From Azolla caroliniana (lineage: Eukaryota > Plantae > Polypodiophyta): a stretch of 64,000 nucleotides of DNA. The notes below the pieces were generated by a model. That model did not search any database, was not told the DNA's origin, and was given only the letters and a program-made list of their open reading frames with translations. Every line of letters starts with the position of its first letter. The stretch's first letter is position 1. This document shows positions 22,976 to 35,027 of this stretch, piece after piece. The stretch spans positions 10,106,001 to 10,170,000 of the forward strand of contig JBHGNT010000014.1 of the NCBI GenBank assembly GCA_043228905.1, in the 5' to 3' direction. Position numbers and translations under genes: made by a program.

Positions 22976-25464
22976 GGGATGAAAGAAAAGAGGAATAAGA
23001 GATTAGTAGGAAATGAGAGAGACAGAAGGTAGGAAAATCGGTTCAAACTGTTAGGAACAGTACTAAGATAGAGAAGGAATTAGTACTAAAAGAAGTATTA
23101 GTACTAAGAGAGGTGAAGAAAACTCGAGAGAAGGAAAGAGTGAGTGAGAGGGAGAGAGAGAGAGAGAGAGAGTGAGAGTGATGATAAGAAAAGATATATA
23201 TTATGTGAAGAAAATGTACAGTAGCTAGGAGGCTTAAGACTGGCGTTGAACCGATTTGGTTCGAAACAATGCCTTGTGCCTCCTTTTATAGTGTTCTAAG
23301 GAATACTCTTGAAGTTTCTAGAATGTTCCAGAGAAATTTGGAATATACATCAATTTTCTATAATAAAACATAAATGAAAATAACATTCTATGTATTACAA
23401 TGTATAGTCTAATGGTCAAGAGCTCGACCCATGTAGTATAAGGTCATGGGTTCGAGTCTTGCCATATCATGACAGATGGCCGGATGTTGTACACGGAGGC
23501 AAATAGGCCCCGTGGATGTGGCAGACATGGTGGATTGGCATGCAATGGTGGTGGCCGACAAGAGCAGGAAAGATGACACAAAGGTGCTGTTGACAGCAAT
23601 TCCGGACCCTCCACAAGCAGGGGGAGTCAAGGTGGCGACGGAAACCAGCAAGCAAAGGCCGAAACGGAATGATGGTATTGTGACCGGAAAGGCCACCAAG
23701 AGAGCGAGTCTTGAAAGAAGAAAACCGATTCGGACAAATCCGGATCCCGTAGAGGCGAACACGGGAATCGGTAACGATCGCACTATGTTGAATGATCGAA
23801 AGGATCCGTAACCAGAAAGGGCCTAGCCTTTGTGATGAAGCACAAGGAAAATTCGATGAAGAAGATCACCTCAAAACTGAACGAGGTGTGGTATGTCGAC
23901 TCCGGAGCTTCGAATCATATGACAAACCATGAAGAGTGGTTCTCATATCTAGAGAAGCCGAAACAATCAGGAGTTATCGAAATTTGAGATGATACCTCGC
24001 ATCCAATCGAACATGTTGGATGTTCCCCTAAGTCATGTCGGTCAGAAGGGGTGACTTATGAACGTGCTGCACATTTCGACGATAACAAAAAACTTGGTGT
24101 CGGTTGCGCAGATCATTGATCAAGGGATGCAGGTCCTTGGGTGCTTCAGATATCGACTTTGTGGCACAGGTGGATCAACCACATCAACTACCAAAGGCTT
24201 CAAGAACTACAACCAAAACAAGTTGTATTCGGCTTGCCAAAGTTTAGTGGTTGGAAGACCCGAATCTATGAAGCTTGCCAACTTGGGAAGCAACACCGAT
24301 TTCCATTCCCCAATGAGAGAAGTCGGAGCCAGAAACAAGCTCAACTTGATACATTCAGATGTATGGGGACCGACACAGAATGTGAGCTTAGGCGGGAGTT
24401 GATATTTCGTCTCCTTCATCGATGACTACAACCAACACAGATGGATCTATCTAATTGAAAAGAAGAGTGAAGTCTTCGACTCTTTCCGGAACCTAAAAAG
24501 CCTTGTCTAAAGGGAAAGAGACCGGAAGATCAAGTGTTTGTGGTCGGATGGTGGAAAATAATACTTTTCCGGCCAGTTCAACTGTTACTCCAACAGATGG
24601 GAATTCGATGAGAATTCAATTGCAGATATACGCCAGAACAGAACAACGTAGCTGAGAGGAAAAATTGGTCAATTGTGGAAGCGGCACGGCCAATGTTGGA
24701 GGAGAAGAGCATGCCCAAGTTCTATTAGGCCGAAGAGGTCTGGACCTTGGTTTACATCCAAAATCAGATTGGAGAAAAGGTGTCGGCACATGAGTTGTAC
24801 TTCAGACGGAAGCCAAATTTGAGACACCTGACGGTATTCGGTAGCATTGCATATGTGCATGTGCTAGATGAGAAGAGGAAGAAATTGGACGCAAAGTCGA
24901 AAAAGTGCATATTGGTCAGCTACTCACATGAACAGAAGGGGTATAAGTGTTATTGTCATGATATGGCAAGACTCGAACCCATGACCTTAGGTTATATGGG
25001 TCGAGCTCTTGACCATTAGAACATCTATTGTAATACGTAGGATATTATTTTCATTTACATTTTATTATAGGAAATTAGTGTATATTCCAGATTTCTCTGG
25101 AACATTCTAGAAGCTTCAGGATTACTCCTGAAAACACTATAAAAGAGGGCACTAGGCATTATGTTGAACCAAATTGGTTCAACGCCAGTCTTAAGCCTTT
25201 TAGCCACCGTTGTATATTCTCTTCATATAATAAATATCTTTCTTATCATCACTCACTCACTCTCTCTCTCTCTCTCTCTTTCTCTCTGTCTCGCTCACTT
25301 CTTCCTTCTCTCGAAGAAGTTCCACACCTCTCATAGTACTAATCCTTCGTTTAGTACTAATTCCTTCTCTGTCTCAGTACTGTTCATGACAGTTTGAACC
25401 AATTTTCCTACCTTCTGTCTCTCTCATTTCCTACTAATCTTTTATTCCTCTTTTCTTTCATCCC

Positions 25465-26616
25465 ATGGCCACTGTTAGCGCTGAAGAATATCACTCTGTT
25501 TTCTCGGAATTCCAATGCTTGAAGGAGAAGTTCCATGCTTTGGAACAAGAAAACCAACGGTTGCTGGGGGATCTTCAGCAAATCTCCTTAGAAAAGCAGC
25601 AAACGCAACAACAACATGGGGAACTTGCGTTACGTGTGCAACAACTCGAAGCCACCATCGTAGCGATGCAACAACATGGGCCCGGAACACAAGGGATTCA
25701 TAAAGAACCTAAGCTTGGCCTTCCCACGAAGTTCGATGGAACGCGATCGCAGTTTAGAGGGTTCCTTAACCAGGTACGATTAGTTATTCAAATGCATCCT
25801 TCCCGATATCCCACCGATGCATCACGAGTGGGTTTAGTAGGCACTTTGTTAAGTGGCTCAGCGTTGTCATGGTTCGCTCCACTATTAGAAAAGGAATCTC
25901 CGTTACTCAACAATTTTGAAGAGTTTCTAGGTGAGTTTAAAGCATGTTTCGGAGATACTGACAGCATTAGGACCGCAATCAACAAAATCCGGCGATTACG
26001 CCAAGGTGACCGTCCAGCCTCAGCATACGCTGCAGATTTTCGCCTACTCGCCGCCGATATCCCTTGGGATGATCAAGCGTTGATGGAGCAATTCCGTTAT
26101 GGTTTACGCAACGACGTCAAGGATTTACTCTTGACCTTCCCCGAAGAGGCAAAGTCCTTAACAGAAGCAATCAGTCGCGCGGTGAGATGTGACAACCGCC
26201 TCTTTGAGCGACGTTCGGAACGACAGCTACAGATGCCAAGGGCAAGATCAGAGCCCACCTACGCCTCAGTGGTAGCAAGACCTTTTCCAAGGGAGTCATA
26301 TAATGCGTCTCCAGCGAATACTCCGACTCCGATGGAGATTGACACTACACGTCGTCGAGGGCCGTTATCCGAAGAAGAAAAGCAGCGACGCCGTACAAAT
26401 CGACTATGTCTTTACTGCGGTGGACCAGGACATATCGCAATAAATTGCCCCCATAGGCCAAGAAGACAGGTAAACCAAATAGTCGCTAGTTCTAATTGTA
26501 CTAAATCCGAACCTATTTCAGTAGGGATATCTGATAGTCCTAATAGTACTAGTATCCCAGATCTAGCCAACAAATTTGATGTCCTTAGTCAGTTAGAAGA
26601 AGAGTTAAACGACTAA
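25465..26616 (+). CDS. gag: Z gag
   Basis: 383 aa intact; N-terminal coiled coil, capsid, CLYCGGPGHIAINC. Confidence 0.92.
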   Translation: MATVSAEEYHSVFSEFQCLKEKFHALEQENQRLLGDLQQISLEKQQTQQQHGELALRVQQLEATIVAMQQHGPGTQGIHKEPKLGLPTKFDGTRSQFRGFLNQVRLVIQMHPSRYPTDASRVGLVGTLLSGSALSWFAPLLEKESPLLNNFEEFLGEFKACFGDTDSIRTAINKIRRLRQGDRPASAYAADFRLLAADIPWDDQALMEQFRYGLRNDVKDLLLTFPEEAKSLTEAISRAVRCDNRLFERRSERQLQMPRARSEPTYASVVARPFPRESYNASPANTPTPMEIDTTRRRGPLSEEEKQRRRTNRLCLYCGGPGHIAINCPHRPRRQVNQIVASSNCTKSEPISVGISDSPNSTSIPDLANKFDVLSQLEEELND

Positions 26617-29600
26617 GTCCAGCCAAAATAGGAGCCGTTTGGTTGGACAGCCCTAGATCTGTACAGCCCATTAGTGGTTCCATTCCCTCTAAGCAAGTTA
26701 GTTATGTGTTCGTAGCCCAAGTAATAGTTAGTACTAAAAGTACCCCTCCAGTACATGTCCTAGCACTCCTAGATTCCGGAGCTAACTCTTGCTTTATGGA
26801 TAAGAAATTTGCTCAAGCTCATAAGATATCCCTAAGAAAACTCCAGTGTCCAGCCTCTGTAGTAGTCATTGATGGACGTCCCATTGCTTCCGGAAATATC
26901 CTAGAAGAGTCAGAGCCCATTAATATTGTCCTAGATAACTTAGTATGTGTAGTATCATTTAATATTATTAGTATCCCAGAACATCCTATAGTTTTAGGAC
27001 TACCGTGGTTCGAGTTACATAACCCTGACATAGATTGGAGAACAAGAGAAATCCGGTGTCGACAAACCCAAGGGTCAACTCAGAAGATGGCAACCATTTC
27101 GCTACGTCAGTTGCGTAAAGAAGGGCACAAGGAGGAAATGTTCCTCTTTGCAATATCAGTAAACCCCTCCAACACCACTAAAGAAAAATCCACAGTTCAA
27201 CTTCCCGAGAAGTATCGCCATTACACCGATGTGTTCGATAAAGTACAAGCCAACACACTTCCTCATCATCGACCGTACGATTGCCCCATCGATTTACAAC
27301 CGGGAAAAGAGCCGCCATGGGGACCGATCTACAATTTGTCACCAACCGAGCTGGAAGTCCTTCGGGCCTATATAGAGGAGAATTTGGAAAATGGTTTCAT
27401 TCGGCATTCGAAATCTCCAGCCGGTGCGCCCATTTTCTTCGTCAAGAAAAAAGATGGATCGCTTCGTCTCGTTGTAGATTACCGTGGCTTGAATAAGGTT
27501 ACAATCAGGAATAGGTATGCTCTTCCCCTTATCTCAAGTCTTTTAGAACGGATCAATGGTGCCAGGTTCTTCACGAAGATCGACTTACGGGGAGCATATA
27601 ACCTCGTACGGATCCGACCAGGAGACGAATGGAAGACCGCGTTTCGCACCAGATATGGGCACTTCGAGTATACTGTCATGCCGTTCGGCCTCACTAATGC
27701 GCCGGCAGTCTTCCAGCACATGGCTAATGATATATTCCGAGATCTATTGGATGATTGTTTGATCATCTATTTGGATGATCTACTGGTTTATTCAAAGACC
27801 CAAGAAGAACATGATTCTCATGTACTATTAGTACTAAAACGACTTCGAGAACATGGTCTGTATGCAAAGCTAGAAAAATGTAGTTTCGGGTGCAACCAAG
27901 TGGAATTTCTCGGCTACATCATTTCGTCAGAAGGCATCTCCATGGACCCAGCTAAGGTCAGAACGGTGGTAGAATGGCAGACTCCGCGTTCGGTACGGGA
28001 TGTGCAATGCTTCTTAGGCTTTGCCAATTTTTACCGGAAGTTCATACAGGATTACTCAAAGATCGTTCTACCTCTCACACAACTTACCAGGAAGGGACAA
28101 CCGTTCACCTGGTCTGAAGAAACGGACATGGCTTTCGAGAGTCTTAAAAAAGCATTTACATCGGCTCCAATTCTAGCTCATGTGGATTCGGAGAAACCAT
28201 TCATTATCGAAGCTGACGCATCGGATTTTGCATTGGGGAGCATTCTGTCACAACAGGGGAATGATGAAAAGCTACATCCTGTGGCTTTTCACTCACGCAA
28301 GTTTGATGCCGCCGAAATCAACTACGAAATCCATGATAAGGAGCTATTGGCAATAGTAGATTCTTTTATGCAATGGAGGCATTTTCTGGAGGGATCCTCT
28401 CATCCAGTCACCGTATTTAGTGACCACAAGAATCTTGCCTACTTTCAGGATGCTCGTGTGTTGAATCGACGTCAAGCTCGGTGGGCCCACTTCCTCACGC
28501 GTTTCGACTTCAAAATTACATATCGTCCGGGGAGGCACCAAGGGAAGGCAGATGCATTATCACGGCGTTCGTATCTAGCACCCCGTCCCGGCGAGCCAGC
28601 TTTCGATAACCAAAAACAAGTCATCTTGGGACCGGCACGATTACAAGCAACACAAATCTTTGACATGCCTATGGATTCCCGCGTTATCGATACCATACGT
28701 GAAGACTTGAAGACAGATGCGTTCGCCCAAGCTATACTAGCACAAATTGATCCCTCTCGAGCGTCGTGTTCATAGTCGCAACCATCAGGTACGGACTATC
28801 GGCAATTCAAATACCATGATGGATTACTCTTCTTTAAAGAACTTTTGTATGTCCCTAATGGTTCTTGCCGCCTTCGAGTAGTACAAAACTGTCATGACAC
28901 ATATACAGCTGGGCATTTTGGTAGTACTAAAACATTACATTTAGTACAACGATCATTCTAGTGGCCTTGTATGCGACAATTTGTCGAGGATTTTGTTCGG
29001 ACTTGTGATACATGTTGCAGAGCGAAAATGCCAAGGCATCATCCATATGGTTTATTAGAACCATTATCAATTCCAAGCAAGCCGTGGCAATCCATTGCTC
29101 TAGACTTCATCACAGATCTTCCAGTCTCTAAGGGGTTCAATGCGATTCTAACAGTGGTCGATCGATATACGAAGATGGCTCATTTCTTGCCATGTACTAA
29201 GGAGATCTCCAGTGAAGACACTGCCGAAATTGTCATGCGTGAAGTATGTCGGCATCATGGACTCCCCGATAGTATCATCAGCGACCGTGGACCCCAGTTC
29301 GTGTCAAAATTCTGGAAGCACCTTTTTAACATGCTCAAGGTCACTTGTAACCTCTCTTCCGGCTACCACCCACAAACTGACGGCCAAGCTGAACGAACAA
29401 ATCAAACGTTGGAGCAGTATATGCGGTGCTTTCTCAGCTATCATCAGGACGACTGGACAGATATTCTCCACTTCGCCGAATTTGCCTATAACAACTCTAT
29501 CCACGCATCCACTAAAGTTACGCCATTTTATGCTTATACGGGATATCACCCCCGGTGGAGTGTACTTGAAACCCCAGAGGTGTCCACAAATCCGTGCGCG

Positions 29601-30200
29601 GAGGATCGTTTGGAGCGGTTACGCAAGATACAAGCGGATTTATCTACTCATCTCCAGCAAGCTCAACAAACACACAAGGTCTACGCGGATCGTCATCGAC
29701 TTCCATCTAGTTTTAATATTGGAGATCGGGTGTGGTTGCTACGACGACACATCAAGACTACTCGCCCATGTGAGAAGTTGGATTATCGGCGATTAGGTCC
29801 TTTCCGTATTATTGGAAAGATTAATGATGTTGCTTTTCGTCTCGATCTACCTCCTCAACTTCGGATACATCCGGTGTTTCATAGTTCTCTCTTCGAACCC
29901 TACCACGAGAGCACCATCCCAGAACGTCTTATCCAACCTCCACCCCCGATCGAGCTTGAAGATGGGCCGGAGTACGAGGTTGCCGCCATTCTTGATTCCA
30001 AGATTGTTCGCAACAAGCTCTACTATCTAGTCGATTGGCTAGGCTATAGTCCCAGCGAACGTACTTGGGAACCGATCGAGAATGTAACCAATGCTCGTGC
30101 TCTTCTTGAAGACTTCCATCGTCAATATCCACACAAACCGAGTCCTCAATCCAAGACGACTCGTGACACTCGTCGTTTTAAAGAGGGGATAGTGTCATGA
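26604..30200 (+). pseudogene. pol: Z pol (PR-RT-RH-IN-chromodomain) with two in-frame stops
   Basis: TAG at 28773-28775 (Gln in W) and near 28959 (Trp in W); otherwise colinear with W pol. Confidence 0.92.
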
Positions 30201-30490
30201 TATGGCAAGACTCGAACCCATGACCTTATAATACATGGGTCGAGCTCTTGACCATTAGACTATACATTGTAATACATAGAATATTATTTTCATTTATGTT
30301 TTATTATAGAAAATTAGTGTATATTCCAGATTTCTCTGGAACATTCTAGAAGCTTCAGGATTACTCCTGAAAACACTATAAAAGAGGGCACTAGGCATTA
30401 TGTTGAACCAAATTGGTTCAACGCCAGTCTTAAGCCTTTTAGCCACCGTTGTATATTCTCTTCATATAATAAATATCTTTCTTATCATCA

Positions 30491-30524
<34 letters not shown>

Positions 30525-30861
30525 GTCTCGCTCACTTCTTCCTTCTCTCGAAGAAGTTCCACACCTCTCATAGTACTAATCCTTCGTTTAGTACTAATTC
30601 CTTCTCTGTCTCAGTACTATTCATGACAGTTATAACCCCCGGACCAAACAAGTTCAAGTAAGTCGAGACGTTGTATTCGACGAATCGGCTTCTTGGTATG
30701 CTCTTCAGACTCCGACCCCGGACAACTCCGACCTACTAATTATTGAGGATGAGACCAGTGAGCCTGACATGATTCGGGAAGAAGAAGAAGATTTCAGAGC
30801 TCTAAATGAGAGTCTGATTTCATTCCGGCTTAGTGGCTCGAATGAAGAGCTGAGTCAGAAT

Positions 30862-31650
30862 CACCCTCGGCACCCTTGGAAGGAGACACACCACAAAGAG
30901 TATGGACCAGTAAAGACGTGTCTTACCGACATCTGAAGGTATTCAGTTGTCTTGCTTATGTGCATGTTGCAAAGGATAAGAGAGGAAGTTGGATCCAAAG
31001 TCCCAGCCATGCATATTCCTTGGATACGGCGATGATGAGTTCGGATACCGAGTGTGGGACTTTGTCAACAAGAAGGTCTTCTAGAGTCGAGACATAGTCT
31101 TCATGGAACACAAGACTATTGGCGATTGGGAGTCGGAGAAAAAGATAGTGGACTCTGGAGTGATTGACAGAGATTGGTCGAAAGACACAAGGACTCATCG
31201 AGCCGGAAGCCGGACGAAACTCGAATAACCGGCCGGAGTCGGATCCAAGAAGAAGTTTTGGACACCGGAACTAATCAAGACCCCGACCCGAATTAGATTC
31301 AGATGAAGAACAAACGGAGGAACCGGTACTTGAAGACCAAGGACAGAGATACCCTCTTAGAGAGAGAAGAGCCCCCCGAAGATTTCTGGATGTAGAGCAC
31401 GTATTGCTGACTGATGAGGGGGAGCTAGAAAACTTCGAGGAAGCAAAGAAAGATACCCACAACCGCAAGTGGTTGAGTGCCATGCAGGACGAGATGGATT
31501 CCCTGCATGAGAACCACACATACGAACTAACAGAGTTGCCTAAAGGAAAGAGGGCACTCCGGAACAAGTGGGTGTACAAGCTGAAACCGAGAGTTGTTGG
31601 AAATCCACCAAGGTACAAAGCCTGGATCGTGGTGAAGGGGTTCCAAGAGA
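30862..31650 (+). pseudogene. Element G: fragment of a different Copia (Tnt1-like integrase end and RT start)
   Basis: GDTPQRVWTSKDVSYRHLKVFSCLAYVHV; WLSAMQDEMDSLHENHTYELTELPKGKRALRNKWVYKLK. Confidence 0.8.
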
Positions 31651-32891
31651 AGGAGTGGTTTTGTGTTATACGTTTTAGGGTTAGGGTATAGGATGAGGAT
31701 GAGGATGAATGGTAATGGTGTAATAGTGAAAATGATGGAGAGTATAATGGTGAGAGAGATCATGAAGATGTTAACAAACATTGAGGAGCATTGTGGGGTG
31801 GTTCCTGGAATGGCTCCACTCCCCTCGCAAGGGGGTTCAACATAAGGGAAGAGAGAGAGAAAGAGAGATGACAAGAGAGAGAGAGAGATTGTAAGCCAAA
31901 TTAGAATTGAATATCAATTCATGCCCTCATTTCTTTCATCATAAGATTAGGAAAAACCACAAAAAACCTATCTCATGATCAATTATGGTTATGAACATAA
32001 CACCAACCCCCAATGTCTTTTGAATTTGAATAATTGCATGAATCAAATTATGTAATTGCTATGGGTGCTTGCACAATTACAAGAGGTATTTTTAGTACAA
32101 ATTCCTATACCATTCTTTGCAGCCCATAGATAAATTAATTCCTATAGCTATTTATTTGTCGAGTTTTCCACCTAGACTCGTAGCTATTATTGATATCGTG
32201 ACCTGACTGGTTTATGGATGAGTGTTATCGGAGAAATCGATGTCGCTTTGGATTTACATGAGTACGATTTTGTATCATAGCATTTTGTTTCACCTTGGCA
32301 TCGAGCTATATTTTCGTAGAGTTTGACCACCAAGTTTGAGATGGATCTTCCACGTTAGCTTGGATCTTCCCGCCCATTTGAAAAACATCCTTGTAAAAGC
32401 TAAAAGTATGGGTATTTTTAATGATTCATTAGAGGGAATCAACCAAATTTTATTCATCACAAAGTTTAACCTTGAGATTCAAGAATAATTATACCAATAA
32501 AAGATTATCTAATTGGTAGGCTTCACACTCATAAGCACTCAAATTTCTACTTGCTTGTTTCCTTCTCTTGACGTACCCCCTTAGTCGAGCCACTACCTAC
32601 AAGTCATCAACTCATTCTTCAACAAGCACGCAGTCAGATATTCAATTTTCCTCCCACTACTTGGGAGTTGACAGTTTTATGCTTTGTTCCATTCCTCTAA
32701 TGAGGTCTTACTCATTGCTCAAATCCTAATTATCCATCCTTTGTTTGTGGCGCATTCCGATTCCCGAAACCCGGCGCCGTAGTTCCAATCCACAATCTTT
32801 TGATTATGGAGCGCAATAAGGGGAGGGGGTGGGCCTTTTTATCATGCCACCCTTACTCTCCAAAAAAATAACTTCAATTAATGGTGGAGAA

Positions 32892-32965
32892 GCACCTTTA
32901 GTTTAGATAAGTAGAACACATGTCTCCAAAACCTAATGTTGTAGGTTCGAATCCTAGATCGCGTG
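32892..32965 (+). pseudogene. trnW: Degenerate organelle-type tRNA-Trp(CCA), probably from a NUPT/NUMT
   Basis: GTAGAAC..GTCTCCAAAACC.AATGT.GTAGGTTCGAATCCTA..GCGTG resembles plastid-type trnW as I recall it; anticodon CCA at 32926-32928; acceptor and anticodon stems are mismatched. Confidence 0.7.
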
Positions 32966-33519
32966 TTTCTCAAAGATATGCAAGAATATTGAATATTGCA
33001 TAGGAAAACATTTAGAGTGCTCAAGATATGTCAATCATGATAAGGATTCTCATGTTCATAACCGTTGAAAAAGAGTCTTGTTCATGTACTTCCTAATTCC
33101 AAAACTTTACTTGTAAGTAAATATGCTAAATTAATCGCATGTTATTCATGTTCCTTATAAAGCTTATTGTTTCATCAACCTATCTTCTTGACCTTCCGAA
33201 TTATGTCAACATTCATCCCAGTTTTCATGTAAGTTACCGCAAAGAACTTATGGGTTCCAATAACAATATTGTGGTGTGCATGTGTTCCTTTGTGCCACCC
33301 TTTTAGCACACCTTTTTTAGCGAAGCCAACCCAAATGGGTACCTTTGTATGAACTATAAAATTGAGCAAGAAGTAAGACGATAAGTAGGCTAGGTTTGAT
33401 CTCTTATGTGCATTTCACATATTGGTGGAGATACAAGGTACCAGTCCCCCACGTCCAAGCATTCCACCTCTTCCCCCTCACCTTAGGTTGCCCACTAACT
33501 TCTTGTCCCATGAGTTTCC

Positions 33520-34405
33520 CTGATAGCCCTCCTGTCCCCTACCTTAGCCAAGTCCAGGTGGCCCTTAGACCACAGAAGGGATTGATATTTCTCCACCAAT
33601 TGATCTTTCTCCGATCCCCATCCTACACGATAGCCCTCCTGTCCCCCACCTCAGCTAAGTCCAGGTGGCCCTCAATCCACAGGAGCGATTGATCTCTATC
33701 CGCCTATATCCCTCCTTTCCCCCACCTCAACAAAGTCTAGGTGGCCCTCAGTCCACAGGAGCGATTGATCTTTATCTACCAATTGCTAGCTCGTACACAA
33801 TAGCCCTCCTATCCCCCATCTCAGCCAAGTCCAAGTGGCCCTCACTGTCACAGACATGACAACAGTCATGTCTAGATTTGAACTCTTTACCTCTTGACAA
33901 ATATAGTCAAGTGTTGTGTTCTAACCAACACATCCAAATATATGGTCATGTTATGTATATCTTAGTAGATTATTAGTAGATTATCTATTTCAAGTTCTAG
34001 GAGTATTTAGAAAGTTCTAGAACTAGAAGGTTCTAGAGGGTTCTACAATATTCTCCAAAATATTCTAATGCATGTACTTCGACTCACAGTATAAATTGTT
34101 GTAACCTCCTTGGTCCTTTTCAAGGGATTCAACACCAGTCACTAACACGTCAATCTAGTATTCTTGTTTAGCACCATCTTCTCTCCTTGATTTACATCTC
34201 TATCTTTATACTCTTGTATTGTTCCTAGCGTCTTAAGTCCCTCATCTTGTTGCACCCAACTTCCCGAGTTTCTAGCCTCATCACGTTGAGTTCCACGTTT
34301 GTAACCTTATCTGTTGTAGCGCCTTCATTCGTGCTCCGTCGTAGTCTAGGGTTGGTGTGTCCGTAACACTCACTCCACATGAGTGATTGATCTTTATCCG
34401 CCGAT
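33520..34405. repeat. Degenerate tandem repeat, about 4 units of 70-105 bp, interrupted by a solo LTR
   Basis: Recurring ATAGCCCTCCT.TCCCC.ACCTCAGCCAAGTCCAGGTGGCCCTCA.TCCACAGGAGCGATTGATCT; the last unit resumes after 34373. Confidence 0.8.
33846..34368. mobile_element. Solo LTR, 523 bp
   Basis: Termini TGTCACAGACA...TGTCCGTAACA; exact TSD CTCAC at 33841-33845 and 34369-34373; TTCTAGAA repeats and a TATAAAT box. Confidence 0.85.
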
Positions 34406-34429
34406 TTCTACCTCATTTTCTATCACTAG

Positions 34430-34890
34430 CCCCGTCCAACTATTAGGGTCGACAATTCCATGGGGATGTCCTCAACGTCATTGCAACTCAACTAGGTGTC
34501 CAACAAGTGTTTATGTCCCCATACCATCCTCAGACAAATGGCCTCACCGGGCGCCACAACAAGACCTTTAAGAAGGAGACTGCCACTTACATCGATCCAT
34601 GTAACAAAACCTGGGATCAAATCTTGCCTTTCATCACCCACGCCTACAATACATTCGTATAGGCATCGACACAGATCAACCCTTTCCGAGCACTCTATGG
34701 GCGTAACCCTCGCCTCCCACCAAAATTGTCCATTGATGTCCATTGGAAACCTGCCAACATGGATAGTGCCACTTGGGAGCTCTATCTCCAACAACCAAAA
34801 TGAACAACGTCACAAACTAGGTTACAAAGCCCGTTATATACTAACTGGGCTACAACAACTACCCTTTCACATATTTAAAACAAATTCTTG
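34430..34890 (+). pseudogene. Old Gypsy integrase core remnant
   Basis: From about 34522 reads YHPQTNGLTGRHNKT...KTWDQILPFITHAYNT. Confidence 0.65.
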
Positions 34891-34987
34891 AATCTAGTTT
34901 GTCCAAGGGGACAATGTGAATACGCCCATTATTGTAAGAATCAGATGGATTCTGTGTAGCGGACGAACAGTGTGTGTGTGTGTGTGC

Positions 34988-35027
<40 letters not shown>

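Larger units (their letters stand above)
12135..23474 (-). mobile_element. Chromovirus copy X (Tcn1/Sushi-like), degenerate, containing nested copy Y
   Basis: LTRs 12135-12560 and 23049-23474; TSD GATGG at 12130-12134 and 23475-23479; gag 22975-21842; pol split at RT; chromodomain in ORF 12553-12879. Confidence 0.95.
24954..30628 (+). mobile_element. Chromovirus copy Z, inserted in the Copia D integrase
   Basis: LTRs 24954-25391 and 30193-30628; TSD GTTAT at 24949-24953 and 30629-30633; PPT AAAGAGGGGATAG. Confidence 0.95.
10019..30860 (+). mobile_element. Element D: decayed Ty1/Copia, interrupted by X/Y and Z, 3' part lost
   Basis: LTR ends TTACA at 10754, then tRNA-iMet PBS TGGTATCAGAGC (10755-10766). 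Gag remnant from 11582 (KLD*SNYASWSYKMHQYLLG), protease WYVDSGASNHMT near 23890, integrase 24340-24950, resuming after 30633 (VSRDVVFDES). The LTR start is a guess. Confidence 0.8.

Noticed and set aside
31673-31690. TTTAGGGTTAGGG telomere-like sequence at the end of Copia G
   Set aside because: Only two imperfect units within low-complexity DNA.
33520-33845. Repeat-spacer pattern suggesting a CRISPR array
   Set aside because: Eukaryotic context, irregular degenerate units, no unique spacers and no cas genes.
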